Shown here piece by piece: positions 6,982 through 14,857 of a stretch of DNA of 57,196 bases. Made by a program: the position numbers and the translations under genes. Each line of letters begins with the position of its first letter. Position 1 is the stretch's first letter. Origin of the DNA: an uncultured Clostridia bacterium (lineage in GTDB: Bacteria > Bacillota > Clostridia > Oscillospirales > Oscillospiraceae); contig CAMVKI010000001.1 of NCBI GenBank assembly GCA_947168005.1, positions 1-57,196 of the forward strand. Reading direction: 5' to 3'. Below the pieces are notes generated by a model. That model had not been told where the DNA came from. It ran no database searches and was given only the letters and a program-made list of their open reading frames with translations.

Positions 6982-9967
6982 ACCGCTTCACCTCCCGCAA
7001 CGTCTCCTCCGGGACCAGCGTCCAAAGCAGGTCCCGCCTGCCGAGCGCAACCAGATACCGAATCGCTAACCGGGCCTTCACAAGTAAAAGCAGCTTCCTG
7101 CGGCAGACCTTGGTGGGCTCTTCACTGTAATCCTTTGCGAAAGGCTCATCCGCATAGGCCTTTATCATTTCCCGGAACAGTGGGGAATCTCCCTTCCGAT
7201 ACAGCTGTTTCTGCTGCGCCTCACGCAGCCGGTCATCGGTATCACAGACAAGATCTCCCAGCACGCGATATCCGCCGAAACGGAAATCAAGGAAAAGCAT
7301 AAACCATTCCTCCAGCTCCGGAAGCTGGGCGTAGAGGAAGGCGAGGCGTTCATCACGATCCATCAGATGCCATTGCTGCTCTGTCAGCGCCAGCCGCAGA
7401 GCTGCGATCCGCTCGGGATGCAGCTCGGAAAAAGCGGCGTAAAGCTCATCCGGATCGTACTGCTCCTCCTGACCCCTGCTGTATAGAATCCGGTCGATAT
7501 CATTTTTCTTTGGCTTGATGCGGCTCGGAGAACGGTAATAACGGATGCGCCGCAATACAGAATCGTAAGTCTTCACCAAATCGGAGACTGAGGAAAGGAT
7601 TGCCGGATCCAGAAGTTCTTTCCAGTCAGGCCGTTCCGCAAACGCAAATAGCTCACTGTCCGAAGCGGGCTCCGGCTTCAGCCTCGGCGTCTGATCTTTA
7701 AGCTGCTTTGCAAGATAGGGCAATCTCTCCACGTTAGAGGTAATACTCTTCCAGTCTGTGATTTCAAAAAACAACCGCTTGTCCTTTCGGCGTTTTGCAG
7801 CAGACCAGGCATTGTCGCCGTCTTCATCCAGGATCGTCTTATATTGAAGAAAGGAGCTTCGCGGCTGTTTCCCCGGTCCAAGGTATTGAGACAGGATCGG
7901 CTTGACGCCGCTCTTGGCCGAGTCGATCTCCAGGCCGGTCAAAATCGCAAGGGTTTCCGTTTCTTCCCGGCAGCGCTGCCGTTCCAAAGCAGTGGAGTTT
8001 TCGTCGTATGCGACCACGCTTCGGTTGAAGGCGGCGTTGCAGATCTGCCCGACCCGGGAGGAGAAGGTATCCCGTACAGTCAGAAAGCGATCGTGCCAAT
8101 CGTTGGCATCCCGGATCACCGGATCCTCAGAGGGGATATACAAGAGCGGAAGATTATTGCTGTTGTCCAAAGAATTAAACTCATAATTGCGTTTGACGCA
8201 TTCGTTCAACAGTGGATCGGAGATCGTTTTGACCATATCGCCGTCATAGTCCGCCCCGCCCAGGCGTTCGGCAGCCAGCATCGCCGCGTCCACCATGACG
8301 ACACCGTGCAGATGCTTCAGGTAGAATTTTCGCATATTCTCGGCCTTGCCGTAAGCGGCAAGCTGGATTTCTTCATTCCGTGCGATATGCGGATTTCGCA
8401 GCAGGGTGCATACTTCACCGCTCGTATAAACAGCGCCTGGCGCATAAAACCCATTTTTAACAAATCGCCGCGTCATTGCCACACCAAAGAATGTGCGTTG
8501 GTCTTTTTTCTTTATTTCTAAATGTTCCACGTCGATCAACAGGCTCAGCATCTCCAAAAGGTCGCCGGACAAATACCGGTTGTCCCCGGCCACCGTCAAA
8601 TGGCCGACCGCGTACTCCCTTACGGTTTGATCTGCCGCGTCTGTCAGCTCCTTCACACAGACGGGCTCGTTGACCAACAGGTGATTTTTCTTAACACTGC
8701 GGCCCAGGGGCGTATCTTGCTCTGCAAAATACCGAATCCTGCTCTCTCGATCTGCACACAGATCATAGTATCGCTGCTCGGTGGCCTTCGTGATCCAATT
8801 CCTTGGATCCTCCGCCGGGCTGTGATCCCAGCCGTCCGGCAGATCCCAGGGGCGAAATTCTTCTGCCGTCATGGACAGCGTATTCAGAAACTGATAGTTC
8901 AGCTGTGTAAATGCTTCCGGCTTTGGCTTATTGACGTTTGTGATATACAGGGCGTGGTCGTATTTCCGAAACGTCTCCAGATAGTCCTCCCAGGTCTTTC
9001 CGTTTTCCGTGAGCCAGCCGTATCCTTTGAACATGCTTTTTGTCAGGATCATATCCACCTCAGCGACAGGGTGACGGACGCCGAATATATCCGTGATATA
9101 ATTGCTGCCGCTGCTTTTCAGAAAATCCTTGAAATCCACCTTGTGGACCATGCCCTTCACAAAAGGCATCCGGATCTGGAAAGAAGAATGAATATGCTTT
9201 CCGCAGTACTGCTTGTCAATCTGCTTTGCCAGCTCTTTGGAAATCAAGCCCTCGCCGTCAAAACGGGTGACAGTGAAATCCTTCATCTTTTCGACCCGAC
9301 GGTACTCCCGCATTGCGCCTTTGGAAGCCGCCTCGACTGTAATGACTTTGGCATTTGCTCGGAATTCAGCGTTCTTTACGACAACGACTCTGTGCGGCAA
9401 AGTCAGATCCACAGCGTCGATCCGTGTTCCGCCGGACAGCATCAGTCCGTTATAGGCGTAGAGCTTGGAGAGCTGACATTCCCCGACCTGCAGATCCTGC
9501 ATGATCCTGCGGCGCACTTCTTCGCAGACGTCCGCTCGAAGAAACGACAGCTTCGCCTCCCGGCTCATGTTGCCGGATCGCTCAAAGGCAAAGTATCGGT
9601 GTGGACCGCCGCCAAAATCCAGCGTGATCCCCTCCGGCCGGAACATGGCCTCTGCTTTTTTCTGCCGTTCAAGTTGTCGCTTTGAATTCCCTGTTCCGAA
9701 AATGCCGGAGAAATCCATATAGAAGATTACGTCGGAGAGAGAGATGACGACAGCGTCGTCCTTCGGAAGCGAAGGTTTCCCGCCCTCTATGACAGACAGG
9801 ATCTGATAGAACAGTGCATTGTCCTCCTGGGTCTTGGAAGCTGCTTTCAGGATGCAGTATTCAGTTCCGTTCTTGCTCAAATTGTAAGTGTACCCCACAT
9901 CCGTCTTCCTGGCATATCCCAGCATGGCGGAAGCGGACAGCATATGAATCTGATAACGCAGCGGCAT
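6971..9967 (-). CDS. eukaryotic-type RdRP / YonO-like two-barrel (DPBB) nucleotide polymerase homologue
   Basis: 998 aa with three motifs in the order and spacing of cellular RdRPs: SSFQIRMPFVKG (aa 261-272), LLRNPHIARNEEI (aa 522-534) and GGADYDGDM (D573/D575/D577, nt 8237-8251; DxDGD metal-binding signature). Confidence 0.7.
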   Translation of the reverse strand: MPLRYQIHMLSASAMLGYARKTDVGYTYNLSKNGTEYCILKAASKTQEDNALFYQILSVIEGGKPSLPKDDAVVISLSDVIFYMDFSGIFGTGNSKRQLERQKKAEAMFRPEGITLDFGGGPHRYFAFERSGNMSREAKLSFLRADVCEEVRRRIMQDLQVGECQLSKLYAYNGLMLSGGTRIDAVDLTLPHRVVVVKNAEFRANAKVITVEAASKGAMREYRRVEKMKDFTVTRFDGEGLISKELAKQIDKQYCGKHIHSSFQIRMPFVKGMVHKVDFKDFLKSSGSNYITDIFGVRHPVAEVDMILTKSMFKGYGWLTENGKTWEDYLETFRKYDHALYITNVNKPKPEAFTQLNYQFLNTLSMTAEEFRPWDLPDGWDHSPAEDPRNWITKATEQRYYDLCADRESRIRYFAEQDTPLGRSVKKNHLLVNEPVCVKELTDAADQTVREYAVGHLTVAGDNRYLSGDLLEMLSLLIDVEHLEIKKKDQRTFFGVAMTRRFVKNGFYAPGAVYTSGEVCTLLRNPHIARNEEIQLAAYGKAENMRKFYLKHLHGVVMVDAAMLAAERLGGADYDGDMVKTISDPLLNECVKRNYEFNSLDNSNNLPLLYIPSEDPVIRDANDWHDRFLTVRDTFSSRVGQICNAAFNRSVVAYDENSTALERQRCREETETLAILTGLEIDSAKSGVKPILSQYLGPGKQPRSSFLQYKTILDEDGDNAWSAAKRRKDKRLFFEITDWKSITSNVERLPYLAKQLKDQTPRLKPEPASDSELFAFAERPDWKELLDPAILSSVSDLVKTYDSVLRRIRYYRSPSRIKPKKNDIDRILYSRGQEEQYDPDELYAAFSELHPERIAALRLALTEQQWHLMDRDERLAFLYAQLPELEEWFMLFLDFRFGGYRVLGDLVCDTDDRLREAQQKQLYRKGDSPLFREMIKAYADEPFAKDYSEEPTKVCRRKLLLLVKARLAIRYLVALGRRDLLWTLVPEETLREVKRYVE

Positions 9968-10087
9968 TTATATCACCCCTTTCTCTGGCATGATCATATC
10001 ACAAAAACCCTCAAAATGCAACATAGATACTGCTCCCGCATTTTTCATCCACGGGAGTAAATTTATATCTATGAGAGGATTTTTACC

Positions 10088-11851
10088 ATGGATGATTTCA
10101 ATCGTTACTCCCCGCGCTTCAAGCTTGTGGACGGCTGCCTGACCGAGATCCATATGACACGGTCCGGCCCTGCCGAAAGGAAGCTGTGCAACTTCGCGCC
10201 GTATCTGACTGAAGAGATCACGTTGGATGACGGTGTGGAAACCAGCTCCCGGATCAAGCTTCGGGGCACACATCAGAACGGCAGAGAACTGCCGGAAATC
10301 GAAATTGCCGGCAGCGATCTCCCGGCCTTCAACTGGCTGCCGGATCATTGGGGTATGGACTGTATTCTGGAAGTCGGCAAGAACATCAAAGAGCTTGTCC
10401 GCTACGCGATCCAGACCACCGCAGACCATGCCGAACGGAAAACGGTCTACACCGTGACCGGGTGGAAGAAGATCGAGGGGCAGTGGGAATTCCTGCTGCC
10501 GGGAGACGATGCCCACACGGTCAAGCTGCCCGGAAAGCTCCACGGCTTCCGGGCTGAGGCGAAAGCGTCTGCGGAAGAGCTGTCCCTTCTGCGAATGCTT
10601 TTGACAAACGGGCCGGCAGAAAAGGAGATCCTGCTTCCCCTGCTGGCGCTGACCTTCCTCTCGCCGCTCAATCACTTCCTTGCGCTGGCAGAATGCGAAC
10701 CGAAGTTCGTTCTGTTTCTGATCGGCAAGACCGGCTCCCGCAAGAGTACGTTGGCAGCTCTGATGCTGTCCTTCTTCGGAAGGTTTACGGCAACAGAGCT
10801 GCCCATGTCGTTTCAGGACACGGCGTACAGCATTCTATATCACGCGTTCTCCCTCAAGGACGTGCTGACCTGCGTCGATGACTTCCACCCCGCATCCCGG
10901 TTCGAAGAAGCGAAACTGACGGCGACGGCGCAAACCGTCTTGCGAGCCTTCGGCGACCGCGTCGGCAGAGGCAGACTGCGGCCGGATGTCACGCCGATGG
11001 AGGCAAGGCCGCCCCAGGGCAACGCGATTGTCACGGCGGAGTTTCCGCCCGACATCGGAGAGAGCGGAACCGCCAGATACTTCGCGTTGGAAATGAACGC
11101 CAAAAGCGTTGACCTGAACCGCCTCTCGTTTTTCCAGGCGCAGGCAGCGCAAGGCGTTCTCGCCCGATGCATGCGTTCCTATCTGGAATGGCTCCGGGGC
11201 GTCTTCCTTCGACGGGAAGAAAGTGAAAAGAGTTTTCTCTTTCTTCTGAAGGACAGCTTTCAAAGCTACCGGGATGAATTCCGGGCCAGCGGGATCGCCT
11301 GTCATGGAAGAGTCGAGGAGACTGTCGCCTGGCTTCGGATCGGTATGGATTATCTGCTGCGCTTCCTTTTGGATGCGAATGTCCTGGGGCAGGCTGAAGC
11401 GAAGCAGCTCGGGGACGAGCATGAAGCTCTGCTGTATCAGCTCGCAGCCAAACAGGCGGAGAGCATCGCGGAAGACCGGCCGACGCAAAAGTTCCTGCGC
11501 AAGCTCCATGCGCTGCTGGAAGCCGGACAGGTTTGTCTTCTGCCGAAGGACTCCTGTGAAGAGTATCCCCCAAGCAACTGTGTCGGCCGCGAGGACGATA
11601 CCTATTGGTATCTGTTCGGGGACATTGCGCACAAGGCGGTACGGGAATGGTGCGAGAGACAGGGAGAGTCCTTTTCCGTTTCCTGCAAGGGCCTGCTCAA
11701 AGCCTTGGCAGAGGAGGGATACCTGGAGCCCGCCCAGGGACAGAACACCCGCGCAGTCCGTCTCGGCGGGAAACCGAAACGTGTCGCCTGCCTGTGGAAG
11801 GATAAGATCCGTACCGTAACGGAGGCAGGCTTATTCACGGAAAACGTGTAA
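10088..11851 (+). CDS. P-loop NTPase, putative DUF927/Cch-like replicative helicase
   Basis: 587 aa. P-loop LIGKTGSRKSTLAAL and Walker B VLTCVDDF in the middle of the protein. Good RBS (GAGAGGA). The size and its position upstream of the serine recombinases match DUF927 helicases of integrative elements. Confidence 0.5.
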   Translation: MDDFNRYSPRFKLVDGCLTEIHMTRSGPAERKLCNFAPYLTEEITLDDGVETSSRIKLRGTHQNGRELPEIEIAGSDLPAFNWLPDHWGMDCILEVGKNIKELVRYAIQTTADHAERKTVYTVTGWKKIEGQWEFLLPGDDAHTVKLPGKLHGFRAEAKASAEELSLLRMLLTNGPAEKEILLPLLALTFLSPLNHFLALAECEPKFVLFLIGKTGSRKSTLAALMLSFFGRFTATELPMSFQDTAYSILYHAFSLKDVLTCVDDFHPASRFEEAKLTATAQTVLRAFGDRVGRGRLRPDVTPMEARPPQGNAIVTAEFPPDIGESGTARYFALEMNAKSVDLNRLSFFQAQAAQGVLARCMRSYLEWLRGVFLRREESEKSFLFLLKDSFQSYRDEFRASGIACHGRVEETVAWLRIGMDYLLRFLLDANVLGQAEAKQLGDEHEALLYQLAAKQAESIAEDRPTQKFLRKLHALLEAGQVCLLPKDSCEEYPPSNCVGREDDTYWYLFGDIAHKAVREWCERQGESFSVSCKGLLKALAEEGYLEPAQGQNTRAVRLGGKPKRVACLWKDKIRTVTEAGLFTENV

Positions 11852-12020
11852 CATCCGTTACAGGATCAAAAATCCCTTGCGCCGTCTCAAAAATCTCTGA
11901 TCCCCAACAGTGACGCAGACGATACGCAGGCGTTACGTGTAACTGCTCCGTATCGCCTGCGTTACTGAAATGCAGAAGCCGAAAACCCTTGCCCGGACTG
12001 GGTTTTCGGCTTCGTGTAAC
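11845..12020. repeat. cluster of GTAAC/GTTAC pentamers and inverted repeats (candidate origin or operator region)
   Basis: GTAAC-N4-GTTAC (11848-11861), GTTAC-GT-GTAAC (11932-11943), GTTAC (11961-11965) and GTAAC (12016-12020). CGTGTAAC occurs three times. ACGCAGGCG (11924-11932) pairs with CGCCTGCGT (11954-11962). Confidence 0.3.
11978..12010 (+). terminator. hairpin after the helicase-like gene
   Basis: GCCGAAAACCC / GGGTTTTCGGC form an 11-bp stem followed by TT. Confidence 0.4.
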
Positions 12021-12454
12021 TGATAAAACGCCAACTGAAACCCAACAGCGTCAAGGGCCGTGTCAGGCCCGTCGTGGCCCTGTGTGCGGTTTTCTTTCGC
12101 AGGACGGAAAAGTACTCGGCGGCAGAGGAAAAGACGGCTTGCGCCGAACACAGTGCGATTTGTCAGATTGTACAATTCGCCAATGGCCCGGGCCCTTTCG
12201 ACCGCCCAGGGACGGTCGAAAAGAAGCAGGAAAAAGCGGTGGGGTCGTTACACCCCCCGCGGTCCACAGCGGACGGCAACGCCGACCGCGGAACCCCCAT
12301 TTTTGCGAGGGTTTTGGCCTCGGCCTGTTGAGTTTGCACAAAGGCGTCAAACTTGTCAAGTCACACCGGTTCAGTGTGACGCAAGGCCCGGGAACAGCCC
12401 TGTTTCGGCGGTTTCTTGGGTATGATAATCAGAAAATGAAAGGAATTCATCTTT

Positions 12455-12910
12455 ATGAGCAGCAAAGCTAACAACCCAACAAACGCGATCCGCACCTCGA
12501 TCTATATCGACGAGGGGCTGATCAAGAAAGCGGAAATCCTCTACGGAGAAGCGGACGTCACGACCTTCTCCCAGTTCGTTCGCAAGGCTGTGGAGAGCTA
12601 CATCGACCAGCTGCTCCTTGGAAATCACAGTCCTGAGCTGACGAAATCCATTCGCAAGGCTCTGGCCGACGAGGTCAAGCCCATCGCAGTCCGGCTTTCG
12701 AAGGCGCTCTATCGCTACGCCATCGAGCTGGATATGCTGACGCAGGTGATGGCCTACGCGGAGATTCCCTACGACGCGATGGACGAGATCCGGCGGGAAG
12801 CCAACCAGCGTGTCGCCAGAATGCGCGGCGCCGTCGATCTCAATGTGCTCTTCCAGGAAGAGCGTTACAAACAGATCCTGCGTGATCTCGAGGAGGATGG
12901 AAACGGATGA
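12455..12910 (+). CDS. ribbon-helix-helix (CopG/Arc-like) DNA-binding protein
   Basis: 151 aa. The N-terminal segment IRTSIYIDEGLIKKAEILYGE...FSQFVRKAVESYI fits a beta-strand/helix/helix RHH pattern. RBS GAAAGGA. Confidence 0.55.
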   Translation: MSSKANNPTNAIRTSIYIDEGLIKKAEILYGEADVTTFSQFVRKAVESYIDQLLLGNHSPELTKSIRKALADEVKPIAVRLSKALYRYAIELDMLTQVMAYAEIPYDAMDEIRREANQRVARMRGAVDLNVLFQEERYKQILRDLEEDGNG

Positions 12911-12994
12911 ACACAACAAAACACATGCCTGCGGGCGGCTTCCGGATGCGGAGGCCGCCCATTTTGTATTTCCGGAGAAAGGAGCGGAAGGACT

Positions 12995-13165
12995 ATGGCG
13001 AAACGAAAGCAAAACATCACGAGCGTGACCTTCTCTTACGTCGGCACCGACGAAGAGTTTGAAAAATTCCTGGACGCTCTGCTCCGGGACTACCTCTCTG
13101 TAGATACTCTGCACAGCTTGCCGGATGAGCATTCTGTGCAATCCGTAGATTCCGGCGCGGCGTGA
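12995..13165 (+). CDS. small hypothetical protein (56 aa) directly upstream of the recombinases
   Basis: Hand-translated, because it is below the track's length cut-off: MAKRKQNITSVTFSYVGTDEEFEKFLDALLRDYLSVDTLHSLPDEHSVQSVDSGAA. GGAG lies about 9 nt upstream of the ATG. Confidence 0.35.
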   Translation: MAKRKQNITSVTFSYVGTDEEFEKFLDALLRDYLSVDTLHSLPDEHSVQSVDSGAA

Positions 13166-13236
13166 TTCTTTGCGCTCGCTATTCAGAAAACACTGTGATA
13201 TGGTTCGGTTGAAAACCGAACCGGAAAGGAAACGTT

Positions 13237-14853
13237 ATGAAAGTTTGGTTATACTATCGTCTCTCCAGAGATGAGGACGAGGAATTGAATTCGCTGAACA
13301 ACCAGCGGAAAATCATCTATGGCTACGCCGTATCCAACGGTCACGAAATCGTCGGCGAATCCTTCGACGACAATATCAGCGGGATGCATTTCAACCGTCC
13401 GGGCATTGATAAAATCTACGAAGCCGTGGAGGGAAAGCTGATTGAGGCGGTCATCGTCAAGGATCTCTCCCGGCTTGGGCGGCACCGGACGCAGACTGCG
13501 CTGTTCATTGACTACCTGCGGGAACACAATGTCCGGGTGCTTTCCGCCACGGAGAACATCGACACCTGCAACGAAAACGATGATCTGATCGTCGGCTTCA
13601 AGGGCCTCATCAACGATTTCTACGCCAGGGACATCGGCAAGAAGATCCGTTCCGGCTACCGGCAGAAGCAGAAGGAAGGCATTGTGATCACGCCGCCCTT
13701 CGGCTACTTCAAGGACAAAAACGCCGGGCAGATCATTATTGTACCGGAGGCGGCGGATACGGTCCGGGAGATCTTCACCGCCTATCTCTCCGGCGTGGGG
13801 CTTAAAACAATCGCCCGTCAGCTCAACGAAGAGGATCGAAAAACGCCTGCCAGGATGCAGCTCGAGCTGATGCAGAAGCACATGCCGGATCGTTTCGACC
13901 ATGTGATCAAAAAATATCTCTGGGACGCCACCATGGTCCGCCGCATCCTGCGCGACGAAAGCTATGTTGGAACGCTGATCTGTCACAAGTCTGAACGCAA
14001 CAAAATCAATCGAACCTTCCGTTATACGGAGCCCGACGAACAGTACCGTCACGAAAATTATCTTCCTGTCATCATTGCGCCGGAGCTTTGGTCCCAGGTC
14101 CAGGCGCTTATGACCCAACGGAAAGAGCAGAACGTCCGGGCCGCGCCGGGCCAGCCGATCCACCGTTACAGCGGTCTGCTTCGCTGCGCGGACTGCGGAC
14201 GGACCTTCATCGGCAAGCGCGTCAATCTGAAAAGCGGCCAGCGGATCGAGTATACCTGCGACAGCTATCACCGCTTCGGAAAGGAGCAGTGCTCCTCCCA
14301 TACGGTTTTGGAAGAGGAACTGGACCAGCTTCTCCGTGCGGAGCTGCTGCGCACGAAGGAAGAATACGCAAGGCTGTGGGCCGCGCTGGAACAGCGTATC
14401 GCCCAATGGACGCCGAAAGAAAGCGCAGCCCAGGGTCAAATCACTGCCTGTCAGGAAAAGATCCGACGTATCGAAGAAGAATTGGAGGCAATCCTTATGG
14501 AACGGATCCGCGACAAGGAAAACGAAGCCCGCTACGACCGCATGATCCAGAAGCGGGAGGCACAGCTCGTTCAGCTTCAGGCACAGATCACGGAGCTGGA
14601 AAATATCTCCACTGTGCTGCGCAAGCGGCAGGCTTCCCTCAGGAAAGACATCTCGATGATGGATAGTATCCTTGCCGACGGCGTCCTTGGAGAAGCCCAG
14701 CTGCGGATGCTGATCGAGAAGATCCTCGTGCACGAGGAGAACGGAGCGATCAGCCTTGAATTCCGGATCAGGGCTCCCTTCCAGGCGCATACGGAATATT
14801 TTGAGGGCGGGCTGACGCTGGAACGGATCCGTGAATTGCTGAGGGAGGCATAA
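13237..14853 (+). CDS. large serine recombinase (TnpX/TndX/CcrA-like, with DUF4368-type C-terminus)
   Basis: N-terminal resolvase domain with the catalytic Ser in YYRLSRDED, then KDLSRLGRH. Recombinase domain, Cys-rich zinc ribbon (CADCGRTF...YTCDSYHRFGKEQCSSH), a coiled coil and a C-terminal EKILVHEENGAISLEFRIRAPF block. Confidence 0.9.
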   Translation: MKVWLYYRLSRDEDEELNSLNNQRKIIYGYAVSNGHEIVGESFDDNISGMHFNRPGIDKIYEAVEGKLIEAVIVKDLSRLGRHRTQTALFIDYLREHNVRVLSATENIDTCNENDDLIVGFKGLINDFYARDIGKKIRSGYRQKQKEGIVITPPFGYFKDKNAGQIIIVPEAADTVREIFTAYLSGVGLKTIARQLNEEDRKTPARMQLELMQKHMPDRFDHVIKKYLWDATMVRRILRDESYVGTLICHKSERNKINRTFRYTEPDEQYRHENYLPVIIAPELWSQVQALMTQRKEQNVRAAPGQPIHRYSGLLRCADCGRTFIGKRVNLKSGQRIEYTCDSYHRFGKEQCSSHTVLEEELDQLLRAELLRTKEEYARLWAALEQRIAQWTPKESAAQGQITACQEKIRRIEEELEAILMERIRDKENEARYDRMIQKREAQLVQLQAQITELENISTVLRKRQASLRKDISMMDSILADGVLGEAQLRMLIEKILVHEENGAISLEFRIRAPFQAHTEYFEGGLTLERIRELLREA

Positions 14854-14857
14854 GGAA

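Noticed and set aside
7844-9685. Plus-strand ORFs 7844..8521 and 8522..9685 inside the polymerase gene
   Set aside because: They are antisense to the 998-aa ORF, which carries the ordered FQIR / RNP / DYDGD motifs. They have no RBS and a biased composition.
9968-10675. A 235-aa minus-strand ORF spanning the divergent promoter region and the helicase-like gene's N-terminus
   Set aside because: It would start inside the opposite-strand gene and run through the AT-rich promoter gap. It has no RBS, and the opposite-strand ORF has a good RBS and a P-loop.
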